DNA of 64,000 bases from Syntrophobacterales bacterium (GCA_023229795.1 JALNYP010000011.1:6515-70514), one strand, 5' to 3'. Counted from the stretch's first letter, positions 35,547 through 44,809 are shown. Numbers and translations: made by a program. Notes: generated by a model not told the origin, from the sequence alone.

Positions 35547-37055
35547 TTATGTTCCCAGGTTTCGTTGCACCCGGGCCTGGTCGGCCAGGACATAGGCCAG
35601 GAGTTCCCGGGCGAAGGGAGATGAAAGATGGATGCGGTCCAGGTCCAGTTTGGCTTTAAGGTACTGGAGGCGCAGGAAATCTCCGTCCGCGGCGCTGTGG
35701 GGCAGGATTCCTGAGAAGAAGAAGCCGAAAGTTTCGGCCGCGTCGCTTAAGTAGGGGGTGCCGCCCTGGGCCAGGGGCAGATTAAGGCCGACGATGGCGG
35801 CCCCGGCCATGTCGCAGAGGTCGGCCCGGGCCTGTTCGATTTCCGGCAGGGTGTCGATACCGATGCGGTTGACCTGAATGGTGCCGGCGCCGGTCTCTTT
35901 GTCATAGTGCACCGCCAGTCGGCCGTGGCCGAGAGGGCCGCTGGGCTCCAGAAATTCCCGGGGCGCGCCCAGGTTCCCGTAGATCCGGGCCAGCATCTCC
36001 CGGTGCCGGGAAGGGGCGCAGAGCCGGGCGGGGGCCGGCTCCGTCAGGTACTTGAAGTAATAAACCATGCTCTCCCGGGGGGCGCCCTGGTCGGGCTCGT
36101 GGTCCCGGAGCTGTTTAAAATGGGCCTGCCAGTCGAGGAGTTTGACCGCGGTCACGTGCATACCGCGGCTGTCGCTGGCCGCCTGGCTGATGGTGTGGAC
36201 GGTGACCGCCTCGCCAAAGAGGCCCACCAGACCCAGCCGCAGGATTTCCTCCTGGAGGCGGTCGCCCATACACTTACGCAACCCCTGCCCCCGGTGGGCC
36301 GGCGCCACCGCCAGTTGCCCCAACTCGGCCAGGGGCCCCCGGTTCGGGCGCTCCACCCCCACGTGTCCCACGATCTCGCCGGTGTCGGATACGGCCACCA
36401 CCCCCACGTGGGTGCCGGTTTCCAGGTCATGGGCCAGACGTTCGGGATAATAGAAATCTTCGTTGGTATAGGAATAGCCGTACACCCGGTACATCAACTG
36501 GGCTACTCGGATGGCATCCTCCGGTTGCAGCAGGCGGATGGTGTAATTGCGGGCGCAGGCCGGCGCGGCCGCGTCGTGAGCGGGGTGCGGAGGGGGCGCC
36601 GAGGGCGGTTCCAGGCGGCAGGACCCGACGCGGTACTTAATTAGGCGCAACTCTTTGCCTTCCAGGCCGTGGTTGATCCAGTGCACCTCATCGGCGCCTT
36701 GATGGATCAGGGCCAGGCCCCGGCCGCGGCGGCGGTCTCGGGAAGAGGCGTCCTGGTCAGGCGGAGACGCTGCCGGGTCCAGGCTCTGGTCGAAGGGCAG
36801 GCCCCGGTCGCACACCGACAGGGTCAAGGCTGCGGGGGTTAATTCTCCTACCAGGAGAACGCGGCCCGCTTCATCCTCATCAAAGGCGTGTTCGATGCTG
36901 TTCCGGCAGGCCTCGGACACGGCCCGGGCCAGGGGGTCGGCCTGGTCGGCGGGGAGGCCGGCCAGTTCGGCCAGACTGCGCACGTGGCCCTGCACCAGAT
37001 GCAATAATCTGGCATCCGCGGGCAAGGTGAGTTCGGTTCGGAGGGCGTCAGGCAT
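35547..37055 (-). CDS. RsbW-like anti-sigma Ser/Thr kinase (HATPase) domain fused to GNAT acetyltransferase and an unassigned C-terminal domain
   Basis: 502-aa ORF; N-terminus AVSEACRNSIEHAF...DRGLPFD...GRGLALI; middle QLAVAPAHRGQGL (GNAT acetyl-CoA motif); ~170 aa unassigned at the C-terminus. Confidence 0.7.
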   Translation of the reverse strand: MPDALRTELTLPADARLLHLVQGHVRSLAELAGLPADQADPLARAVSEACRNSIEHAFDEDEAGRVLLVGELTPAALTLSVCDRGLPFDQSLDPAASPPDQDASSRDRRRGRGLALIHQGADEVHWINHGLEGKELRLIKYRVGSCRLEPPSAPPPHPAHDAAAPACARNYTIRLLQPEDAIRVAQLMYRVYGYSYTNEDFYYPERLAHDLETGTHVGVVAVSDTGEIVGHVGVERPNRGPLAELGQLAVAPAHRGQGLRKCMGDRLQEEILRLGLVGLFGEAVTVHTISQAASDSRGMHVTAVKLLDWQAHFKQLRDHEPDQGAPRESMVYYFKYLTEPAPARLCAPSRHREMLARIYGNLGAPREFLEPSGPLGHGRLAVHYDKETGAGTIQVNRIGIDTLPEIEQARADLCDMAGAAIVGLNLPLAQGGTPYLSDAAETFGFFFSGILPHSAADGDFLRLQYLKAKLDLDRIHLSSPFARELLAYVLADQARVQRNLGT

Positions 37056-37062
37056 TAAATAT

Positions 37063-37090
37063 AGTTTTCGGTTTTCAGTTTTCAGTTAAA
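37063..37090. repeat. tandem heptamer array (RGTTTTC)x3 plus partial
   Basis: AGTTTTC GGTTTTC AGTTTTC AGTTAAA, starting 8 nt upstream of the kinase-GNAT ATG (37055). Confidence 0.8.
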
Positions 37091-37193
37091 GGAAGTGACC
37101 TTGCATAGAGGACGATTTTTTATGGGGCTTAAGACCTTGGGGTGTGGGGGAAAGAGACTTCGCCCTTATCACCTTTCCCCATGCCATCTTGCC

Positions 37194-38363
37194 TCAACCC
37201 AGCTTGGCCAGGCGGGCCAGGGCCTCTTCCAGGCGGTCCTTGGGCACGGTCAGGGCCAGGCGCACGTAGCCTTCGCCCGGTTCTCCCAGGCCGTTGCCGG
37301 GGATGGTGACGATCCCGGCCTGCTCCAGCAGGTGGGCGGTGAAGGCCATGGAGGTCATTCCCGCGGGAACGGGCATCCAGACGTAGAAGGTGGCCTTGGG
37401 GGGTGCCACATCGTAGCCCAGTTTCTTGAGGCCCCCCACCAGAATATCCCGGCGTTCCTGGAGGATGGCGCAATTTTCCCGGACGCAGCTCTGGTCCGAA
37501 TCCAGGGCGGCGATGCCGGCGATCTGGATGGCGTCGAAGGCCCCGGAGTCGATGTTGCTCTTGATCTTGCCCAGGGCCGCCAGCACCGCGGGGTTGCCCA
37601 CGGCCATGCCCAGGCGCCAGCCCGTCATGTTGTAGGTCTTGGACAGGGAATGAAATTCGATGCCCACCTCGCGGGCCCCGGGGACCTCCAGGAAACTGGG
37701 GGGCTTATAGCCGTCATAAGCCAGCTCGGTATAGGCCGCGTCATGGACGGCCACAATGTTATATTGCCGGCAGAAATCAACTACCCGGGCGAAGAAGGCC
37801 TTGTCCGCCACCGCCGCGGTGGGGTTATTGGGATAGTTGAAAAAGAAGGCCTTGGCGTCCCGGGCCACCAGCGGCGAGATATGGTCCAGGTCCGGCAAGA
37901 AATTATTTTCCCGGGTCAGGGGGAGGAAATAGCAGCGGCCGCCGGCGAACAGGGTGCCCATCTGATAGACCGGGTAGCCGGGGGAGGTCATGAGATTGAG
38001 GTCCTCGGGGTCGTTGATCCCCAGGGGCAGGTGGGCGATGCCCTCCTTGGAGCCGATGAGGGTGAGGACTTCGCCGGCCGGGTCCAACTCCACCCCGAAG
38101 CGCCCCTGATACCAGCGGGCCACGGCCTCCCGGAAGAGGTTCATACCGGAATAGGCCGGGTAGTGGTGGGTCTTGGGGTCCTGGACCGCGTCGATCATTT
38201 TATCCACGATGAAGCGCGGGGTCGGCAGGTCCGGGTCGCCCACGCCCAGGTCGATGATATCCACCCCCCGGGCCTTGACTTCGGCCTTCATGTCGTCGAT
38301 GGCTTTAAAGAGGTAAGGCGGGATCAATCCCAGGCGGGCCGCGGGTTCAAAAAACTGCGTCAT
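37194..38363 (-). CDS. dapL: LL-diaminopimelate aminotransferase (DapL-type class I aminotransferase)
   Basis: 389-aa ORF; PPYLFKAIDDMK, DLGVGDPD, SLSKTYNMTGWR (PLP Lys); heads a dapB-dapA-dapF-lysA run. Confidence 0.8.
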   Translation of the reverse strand: MTQFFEPAARLGLIPPYLFKAIDDMKAEVKARGVDIIDLGVGDPDLPTPRFIVDKMIDAVQDPKTHHYPAYSGMNLFREAVARWYQGRFGVELDPAGEVLTLIGSKEGIAHLPLGINDPEDLNLMTSPGYPVYQMGTLFAGGRCYFLPLTRENNFLPDLDHISPLVARDAKAFFFNYPNNPTAAVADKAFFARVVDFCRQYNIVAVHDAAYTELAYDGYKPPSFLEVPGAREVGIEFHSLSKTYNMTGWRLGMAVGNPAVLAALGKIKSNIDSGAFDAIQIAGIAALDSDQSCVRENCAILQERRDILVGGLKKLGYDVAPPKATFYVWMPVPAGMTSMAFTAHLLEQAGIVTIPGNGLGEPGEGYVRLALTVPKDRLEEALARLAKLG

Positions 38364-38403
38364 TTAAGATGCCCTTTCTGATGAATCAGGAAAAAATCAT
38401 TTT

Positions 38404-38505
38404 CCCCTCCCCTGGTGGGAGGGGATTAAGGGGAGGGGGTTATAACTAACCTAAGATGCAAACTATTTCACCCCTTACCCTAACCCTCCCGATCAAGGGG
38501 GAGGG
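38404..38505. repeat. two family-G REP hairpins
   Basis: CCCCTCCCCTGGTGGGAGGGG...GGGGAGGGGG and CCCTCCCGATCAAGGGGGAGGG between dapL start and FAH stop. Confidence 0.8.
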
Positions 38506-38518
38506 AATTTTAGACTTT

Positions 38519-39298
38519 TCACGCCACTATCCTTTCGGCAACGAGACGATTTCTCAAGGTGCCGATACCTTCGACCCGGATTTCCACCACGTCGCCGGGC
38601 TGCATGGGGCCGATGCCGGAGGGAGTGCCGGTGGCGATGACGTCCCCGGGCAACAGGGTCATGATCCGGGAGATAAACGCCACCTGGGCCGCCACCCCGA
38701 AGACCATGTTACCGGTGTTGCCGTGCTGCCGGCGCTCCCCGTTAAGGTAGCCCTCCACGGTCAGGTGGTCCGGGTCGGCAATCTCCGTTTCAATCCAGGG
38801 GCCGAGGGGCGCGAACGTGTCAAAACTCTTGGAGCGGGTGAACTGGCCGTCTTTTTTCTGGAGGTCCCGGGCGGTGACGTCGTTGATGCAGGTGAAGCCC
38901 AGGATGTGGTTGCGGACATCCTCGGGCCGCACGTGCCGGCAGGTGCGCCCGATCACCACGGCCAGCTCGGCCTCGTAGTCCACCCGCCGGGACATGGCCG
39001 GATAGACGATGTCGTCTTCCGGGCCGATCACGGCGGTGGAGGGTTTCAGGAAGATGAGCGGCTCCTCAGGGATGGGGTGGCCGAACTCGGCGGCGTGGTC
39101 GCGGTAGTTTAACCCCAGGGCCACGATCTTGGTGGGCTCGCAGGGAGCCAGCAGCGTGACCTCCGGCAGGGGGAGGACCTCGCCGGTGGTATTCGCCAGA
39201 CCGCCGTCATAGGGGGCGCCCTTAAGGACGTTAATTTTTTCGCCTGTGAGGAGGCCGTAGCCGGTGCGGCCTTGCAGTGCAAATCTGACGATGCGCAT
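38519..39298 (-). CDS. fumarylacetoacetate hydrolase (FAH) family protein
   Basis: 259-aa ORF; GLNYRDHAAE, DYEAELAVVIG, GDVIATGTPSGIG. Confidence 0.85.
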   Translation of the reverse strand: MRIVRFALQGRTGYGLLTGEKINVLKGAPYDGGLANTTGEVLPLPEVTLLAPCEPTKIVALGLNYRDHAAEFGHPIPEEPLIFLKPSTAVIGPEDDIVYPAMSRRVDYEAELAVVIGRTCRHVRPEDVRNHILGFTCINDVTARDLQKKDGQFTRSKSFDTFAPLGPWIETEIADPDHLTVEGYLNGERRQHGNTGNMVFGVAAQVAFISRIMTLLPGDVIATGTPSGIGPMQPGDVVEIRVEGIGTLRNRLVAERIVA

Positions 39299-39306
39299 GG
39301 TTAAGC

Positions 39307-39334
39307 TATCAGCCTTCAGCTTTCAGCTGTCAGC
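39307..39334. repeat. tandem heptamer array (NNTCAGC)x4
   Basis: TATCAGC CTTCAGC TTTCAGC TGTCAGC; begins 9 nt upstream of the FAH-family ATG (39298). Confidence 0.85.
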
Positions 39335-39361
39335 CAAAACCCTCCACTGAGGTTTAATCTT

Positions 39362-39479
39362 GTTCCCAAGTACAACTGGGAACGAGGAAAACAGGATCGG
39401 TGGCACAGGCTTTCCAGCCTGTGCCGACGCTTACTTTTCCCTAAGGCTGCATGGAGATGGTGGGCAGTGCCCACCCTAC
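39362..39479. repeat. REP mosaic F-E-B
   Basis: GTTCCCAAGTACAACTGGGAAC (39362-39383), GGCACAGGCTTTCCAGCCTGTGCC (39402-39425), GGTGGGCAGTGCCCACCCTAC (39459-39479). Confidence 0.85.
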
Positions 39480-39482
39480 GTT

Positions 39483-40286
39483 TTATTTCAACCCCAGGAC
39501 ATCCTGCATGTCATAGAGGCCCGGCGGCTGGGAGACGATCCATTGGGCTGCCCGGACCGCGCCCCTGGCGAAGTTGTCCCGGCTGTGGGCCCGGTGAATG
39601 ACCTCGATGCGCTCGCCCATACCGCCGAACAGCACCGTGTGTTCCCCGACGATGTCCCCGGCCCTGACGGTCTGGATGCCGATCTCGTCCTTGGTGCGCT
39701 GGCCGATGATGCCGTGGCGGGCATAAACCCCGGCCTTTTCCAAGTCCCGGCCCAGGGCGTGGGCGATGACCTGCCCAAGTTTGATGGCGGTACCGCTGGG
39801 CGCGTCTTTCTTCAGGCGATGGTGGGCCTCGACGATCTCCACGTCGTAGGCGTCGCCGAGCACCCCGGCGATGTCGGCCACCACCTTGAACAGGAGATTC
39901 ACCCCGACGCTCATGTTGGGGGCGAAGACCAGGTGAGCCCGGGAGGCCAGGGCGTGAATTTCGGCGATCTGGGGCGGGGAAAACCCGGTGGTGCCCAGCA
40001 CCATGGCCTTGCCGGCATCGGCCACGGTGTGGAGATTGGCCAGGGACGGTTCGGGATGGGTGAATTCGATGACCACCTGCCCTTCGGGCAAGACCTCGGC
40101 CAGTGAATCGACCACCGTGATGCCCTTGGGGGGCAAGCCCACGACTTCGCCCACGTCACGGCCCACCGCGGCGTGCCCAGGCGACTCCACGGCCCCCGCC
40201 AACTGGATGCCGTCCGCCGCCTCCATCAGGTGCACGATACGGCCGCCCATGCGGCCCGCCACGCCGGTGACGATTGCTTTGATCAT
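39483..40286 (-). CDS. dapB: 4-hydroxy-tetrahydrodipicolinate reductase
   Basis: ORF 39483-40310 trimmed to ATG 40286 (AGGAGG 4 nt upstream); MIKAIVTGVAGRMG, EAHHRLKKDAPSGTA. Confidence 0.93.
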   Translation of the reverse strand: MIKAIVTGVAGRMGGRIVHLMEAADGIQLAGAVESPGHAAVGRDVGEVVGLPPKGITVVDSLAEVLPEGQVVIEFTHPEPSLANLHTVADAGKAMVLGTTGFSPPQIAEIHALASRAHLVFAPNMSVGVNLLFKVVADIAGVLGDAYDVEIVEAHHRLKKDAPSGTAIKLGQVIAHALGRDLEKAGVYARHGIIGQRTKDEIGIQTVRAGDIVGEHTVLFGGMGERIEVIHRAHSRDNFARGAVRAAQWIVSQPPGLYDMQDVLGLK

Positions 40287-40301
40287 AAGACCTCCTGAAG
40301 C

Positions 40302-40408
40302 GGTTAGCAATTAGCGATTAGCAGTTAGCCAAAAAGCCAGGGGGGCACCAAGGGGCATCGCTAAAAGCTAAAAGCTAACTGCTAATTGCCGACTGCTGAC
40401 TGCTCATC
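40302..40408. repeat. inverted heptamer arrays (TTAGCNN / GCTAANN) plus GACTGCT x2, between dapA and dapB
   Basis: GGTTAGCAATTAGCGATTAGCAGTTAGCC (40302-40330) faces GCTAAAAGCTAAAAGCTAACTGCTAATTGCC (40360-40390). GACTGCTGACTGCT then runs into the dapA stop (40407). Confidence 0.85.
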
Positions 40409-41279
40409 AAATCAACCCGTACTTGTGCATCACCTGGCGCAGTTTGTCTTCGTTGGCCGGGGACATGGGGCACAGGGGCTGCCGGACGTCGCCGGTACAC
40501 TTTCCCAGCAGTTTCACCGCGGTCTTGACCGGGACGGGGTTGGTCTCGAAGAACATGGCCTCGGTCAAGGGCCACATCTTATAGTGCAGCGCCTTGGCCT
40601 GGGCCAGGTCGCCTTTGAGAAAGGCGTTGCACATCCCCGCCATATCTGCGGGGACCACGTTGGAGACCACCGAAATCACCCCCATACCGCCCACGCACAT
40701 GAGCGGCAGGGTGGTGAAGTCGTCCCCGGAGAGCACGGTGATTTTGTCGCCGCACAGCTCCAGGGTCTTGGACCCCTGCTTCAGGTCGCCGGTGGCGTCC
40801 TTGAGACCCACGATATTCGGAATCCCGGCCAGGCGGGCCATGGTTTCGGGCAGCAGGTTGAGGCTAGTGCGGCCCGGCACATTATAGACCACGATGGGAA
40901 TCTTGGTCTGTGACGCCACGGTCTTATAGTGCTGGAAGAGCCCTTCCTGGGTCGGTTTATTGTAGTAAGGAGTGATCATCAGGGCCGCATCCGCGCCGGC
41001 CTGCTGGGCGTGCTGGGTCAGCTCCACGGCTTCGGCGGTATTGTTGGAGCCGCTCCCGGCGATCACGGGCACCCGTTTTTTCACCTGGTCGATACAGGTC
41101 TCCACCACCCGTTTGTGCTCGGCGTGGGACAGGGTGGGGGATTCGCCGGTGGTGCCGCAGGGCACGATGCCATGGATGCCGCCTGCGATCTGGAACTCGA
41201 TGAGTTCCCGATAGGCCGCTTCATCGAACTGGCCGTTCTTGAAGGGAGTAACAATGGCGGTAAAGGCTCCCTTGAACAT
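40407..41279 (-). CDS. dapA: 4-hydroxy-tetrahydrodipicolinate synthase
   Basis: 290-aa ORF; AIVTPF, GTTGESPTLS, YNVPGRT, GLKDATGD. Confidence 0.95.
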   Translation of the reverse strand: MFKGAFTAIVTPFKNGQFDEAAYRELIEFQIAGGIHGIVPCGTTGESPTLSHAEHKRVVETCIDQVKKRVPVIAGSGSNNTAEAVELTQHAQQAGADAALMITPYYNKPTQEGLFQHYKTVASQTKIPIVVYNVPGRTSLNLLPETMARLAGIPNIVGLKDATGDLKQGSKTLELCGDKITVLSGDDFTTLPLMCVGGMGVISVVSNVVPADMAGMCNAFLKGDLAQAKALHYKMWPLTEAMFFETNPVPVKTAVKLLGKCTGDVRQPLCPMSPANEDKLRQVMHKYGLI

Positions 41280-41291
41280 GGTGCTACCTCC

Positions 41292-42131
41292 TTACTTGAG
41301 TTCGTCGACCCACAATTCTCCCTGGTAGGCCACCAGGGCGTCGCCTTCCAGGAAGACCTCGGCAAAGGCCTCCCCTTGGAGCGTAAAATAGACGGTCAGG
41401 GCTTCCCCGCCCCGGGTGTGGACGGTCACCGGGGACTTGACCTGGCCCAGACGGGCGGCGATCAGGACCGCGGCCACGGAACCGGTGCCGCAGGCCAGGG
41501 TCTCGTCCTCCACCCCGCGCTCATAGGTGCGAATCATCAGCTCCCGGGAGCCCTGCACCCGGATGAAATTGACGTTGGCGCCCGCGGGCGCAAACATCGG
41601 ATGGAAGCGGATGGCCCGGCCCCATTGGGCGACGGGTGCCTGCTCCAGGTCGGTGACCGGCACCGCCACGTGGGGCACCCCGACCTTGAGGAAATGGCCG
41701 GTCAAGGTCTCGCCGTCCAGAGGGATGGTCCGGTTCAGGCTGAGGTCGCCCACGCCGGCCATGAGCAGCTTGACCCGGCGACCCTTGACCTCGGCCTTGA
41801 TGGTGCCGGCCAGGGTTTCAAAGGTGAGATCGGGCGGGGCGATGCCGTTGATTACCGCGAAGCGGGCGGCGCAGCGGCCGCCGTTGCCGCACATCTCGGG
41901 TTCGGAGCCGTCGGCGTTGTAGAAGCGCCAGCGGAAGTTCGCGGTGGGGCAGGCCTCAATCAGGATAAGACCGTCGGCCCCGGCGCTCATCTGGCGGTGG
42001 CATACCCGCCGGGCGAACTGGGGCTGTTCGGCCTCCGGGATAAACCGGGCCCGGTGGTCGATGATGACGAAGTCGTTGCCCCCGCCGTGCATCTTGAAGA
42101 AGGGGAGGCGCGGTCTGGTTTCGGTGGTCAT
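41292..42131 (-). CDS. dapF: diaminopimelate epimerase
   Basis: ORF 41292-42170 trimmed to ATG 42131; FFKMHGGGNDFVIID, catalytic Cys contexts GNGGRC and ACGTGS. The longer start lies in a REP. Confidence 0.92.
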   Translation of the reverse strand: MTTETRPRLPFFKMHGGGNDFVIIDHRARFIPEAEQPQFARRVCHRQMSAGADGLILIEACPTANFRWRFYNADGSEPEMCGNGGRCAARFAVINGIAPPDLTFETLAGTIKAEVKGRRVKLLMAGVGDLSLNRTIPLDGETLTGHFLKVGVPHVAVPVTDLEQAPVAQWGRAIRFHPMFAPAGANVNFIRVQGSRELMIRTYERGVEDETLACGTGSVAAVLIAARLGQVKSPVTVHTRGGEALTVYFTLQGEAFAEVFLEGDALVAYQGELWVDELK

Positions 42132-42145
42132 GGTTTTTAGTAGTC

Positions 42146-42198
42146 GTTCCCAAGTGCAGCTTGAGAACAAGGAAAATGGTGGGCCGTGCCCACCCTAC
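42146..42198. repeat. REP mosaic F-B
   Basis: GTTCCCAAGTGCAGCTTGAGAAC and GGTGGGCCGTGCCCACCCTAC upstream of dapF. Confidence 0.8.
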
Positions 42199-42230
42199 AT
42201 CTTCAAAGTAGGAAACTCAAACTATCGCCC

Positions 42231-42267
42231 TAATCTGGTTCCCAAGTTCAACTTGGGAACCAGATTA
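42231..42267. repeat. 37-nt perfect palindrome (extended family-F unit) right after lysA stop
   Basis: TAATCTGGTTCCCAAGTT C AACTTGGGAACCAGATTA; 18-nt arms are exact reverse complements; lysA TAG at 42275-42277. Confidence 0.85.
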
Positions 42268-42274
42268 AATCATC

Positions 42275-43531
42275 CTATTTCAGGAAATCCGGGATAGACT
42301 CCCCCCAGATAAGCTGGCGGTATGTCTCCCGTTTTCTGATAACATAAAAATCCTGATCCTGCACCAAGATTTCGGGCACCCGGGGGCGGGCGTTGTAGTT
42401 GGAACTCATGGAAAAGCCGTAGGCCCCGGCGCTCAAGACCGCCAGCAGTTCCCCGGGGGCAAACGCGGGCATGAGGCGATCCTTGGCCAGGAAATCTCCG
42501 GTTTCGCAGATGGGCCCCACGATAGAGGCCTTGACCTGGTCGCGCTGGCCTTCGACTACCGGCCACAGGCCGTGATATGAGCCATAGAGGCTGGGGCGGG
42601 CCAGGTCGTTCATGCCGGCGTCCACGATGATGAAATGCTTGGCGTCGCTGGCCTTGGTATAGAGGACCTTGGTCACCAGGATGCCGGCGTTGCCCACCAG
42701 CACCCGGCCGGGTTCCAGGATGAGGGTGCATTCCAGGCCCTTCAGGTGTTCGATCAGTTTTTGGCCGTACTCCGAGGGGGGCGGCGGCGCTTCCTGGTCG
42801 TATTGGATCCCCAGGCCGCCCCCCAAATCCAGGTATTGGATGCGGATGGACAAGGCCCTGAGGCGGTCGATCAACTCTTTCAAGCGCTCCAACGCGTCCA
42901 CAAAGGGGGACACCTGGGTGATCTGGGAGCCGATATGGCAGGCCACCCCTACCACTTCGAGGTGCGGCAGTTCCTGAGCCCGGCGATAGTCCTCGAGGGC
43001 CCGGTCGATGTCGATGCCGAACTTGTTCTTTTTGAGCCCGGTGGAGATGTAGGGATGGGTCTGGGCGTCGATATCGGGATTGATCCGCAGGGCCACCCGG
43101 GCCTTGAGCTTCATGCGGCCGGCGATGCAGTTGATAAGCTCCAGTTCCTGGGAAGATTCCATATTAAACAGCAGAATCCCGGCCTTGAGGGCCGCCCTGA
43201 TCTCATCGGGCCTTTTCCCTACCCCGGAATAGACGATTTTGCCCGGGTCCATCCCCGCCTGGACGGCCCGATAAAGTTCGCCGCCGGAGACGATGTCGGC
43301 GCCGGCGCCCAGCCGCCCGAATAGCCGCAGGATGGCCAGGTTGGCGTTGGCCTTGACCGCAAAGCAGACGATGTGGGGAAACTGGGTGAACGCGGCGTCG
43401 AAGACCTGGAAATGATGAGCCAGGGTGGTGGCGCTGTATAGATAACACGGCGTGCCCACGGCCTCGACGACCCGGCGCACCGGCACGTTTTCGCAGTAGA
43501 GTTCACCTGATTGGTAATGGAAATGGTGCAT
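42275..43531 (-). CDS. lysA: diaminopimelate decarboxylase
   Basis: 418-aa ORF; FAVKAN (PLP Lys), DLGGGLG, EPGR, CETGD. Confidence 0.95.
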   Translation of the reverse strand: MHHFHYQSGELYCENVPVRRVVEAVGTPCYLYSATTLAHHFQVFDAAFTQFPHIVCFAVKANANLAILRLFGRLGAGADIVSGGELYRAVQAGMDPGKIVYSGVGKRPDEIRAALKAGILLFNMESSQELELINCIAGRMKLKARVALRINPDIDAQTHPYISTGLKKNKFGIDIDRALEDYRRAQELPHLEVVGVACHIGSQITQVSPFVDALERLKELIDRLRALSIRIQYLDLGGGLGIQYDQEAPPPPSEYGQKLIEHLKGLECTLILEPGRVLVGNAGILVTKVLYTKASDAKHFIIVDAGMNDLARPSLYGSYHGLWPVVEGQRDQVKASIVGPICETGDFLAKDRLMPAFAPGELLAVLSAGAYGFSMSSNYNARPRVPEILVQDQDFYVIRKRETYRQLIWGESIPDFLK

Positions 43532-43557
43532 TTAACTTCAGCCTTTCGAAAGAGAGC

Positions 43558-43585
43558 TATCAGCTGTCAGCTTTCAGCAGTCAGC
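43558..43585. repeat. tandem heptamer array (NNTCAGC)x4
   Basis: TATCAGC TGTCAGC TTTCAGC AGTCAGC, 27 nt upstream of the lysA ATG (43531). Confidence 0.85.
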
Positions 43586-43592
43586 CAAATTC

Positions 43593-43662
43593 GGCGGGCA
43601 CAGCCCGCCCTATAAAAGTTCTGCCTGTCGCGGCCTAGAGCATAGGGCGGCCTGTGGCCGCC
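43593..43662. repeat. two family-D-like REP units
   Basis: GGCGGGCACAGCCCGCCCTATA (43593-43614) and CATAGGGCGGCCTGTGGCCGCC (43641-43662). Confidence 0.8.
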
Positions 43663-43671
43663 GACATCAGG

Positions 43672-44809
43672 CTAATACGTGATCGACATCGTCTCCGAGG
43701 GTATGCTTTCGTTGGCCCGGGGAGAGTCGTCCACAGCGGTCACATAGTAATGATAGGTCTGACCCTTGCGCACCTGGGAATCCACGAAATAGGGCTTTTT
43801 GACCAGTTCCTTGTTCAACAGTTGGTACTTTTCCTCGCCGCTCTCCCGCCGGTAGAGGCGGTAGCCCGCCAGGTCCGGGACCGGGCTGGGCTCCCAGCGG
43901 AGTTCCACCCCCTGGGTGGTGGCCACCGCCAGCACGTTCAGCAGGGGCGGCGGCGGGGTGCGTTTCTCGGGCATAGCCATGCGAGTGGGCGAATCCAGGC
44001 TGGCCAGCAAATCTTCTCCCAGCCGGCGCACAGCTTGAACCTTATAAGTATATTCCACATCGTTCAACACCGCCACGTCCTGGAAATTATTGGCGGTCAC
44101 GGGCTTGGGCGTCAGGCGCAGCCAGGGGCCTTGGCCGGAGAGGCGGTAGATCAGATAGCCCGCCAGATCCCGGGCGGGGGAGCCGTCATCCAGCGCGGTT
44201 ACCGGACTCCAGGAGAGAGCGACGAGCTTATCCCCGGGCACGGCCTTGAAGCCGGCGGGGGTCCGGGGCAGCCACCCCCAGGCCTGGCTCAGGGTCCGGG
44301 AATAGGCCCCCGGGTAGCCGTCCTGGTCATAGGCCGCCACCCGGTAATAATACCGGTGGCCGGGGACCAGTTCCCGGTCCCGGAAGAGCAGGGCCTCGCC
44401 CTGCACCTCGCCCCGCTGGGGATAGGCCAGGTCGATATCGGCATATAAGCTGAAATCCGAAGAGGCCAGGGCCTCCGGGGACACCCCCTTGAGCGCGGCC
44501 CGGTACACCCGGCAGCCCTGGACCTGGGTCAAGGGCTGGCCCAGGAGGTTTTCCCGGGGCAGCAGCCAGGTCAAGACCAGGGCGTTGCCCTCCTGATTCA
44601 CCTGAAAATCCCGCACCGGGGCCGGCACGACCCGATCCGGCGCAAAGGGCGTCATCTTTTTGCCGCAGGCACTCGCCAGGAGCAGGAGGCAGAGGAGGAA
44701 AAGAAGGGTTTTGGGTTTTGGGTTCTGGGTTTTGGGGCAAAAAACTGCGGATAATCGCGAGGTCGGCGAAACCGACCCCGGAACCCGGAACCTGGAACCT
44801 ATAACCCGC

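Noticed and set aside
37095-38381. 428-aa plus-strand ORF, and similar long antisense ORFs (40929-42140, 47667-48899, 50232-51263, 52240-53334, 2900-4015)
   Set aside because: Each is the mirror frame of a strongly supported biosynthetic or housekeeping gene (dapL, dapA/dapF, argG, argD, hslU, ptsI/ptsH) and lacks any recognisable motif.
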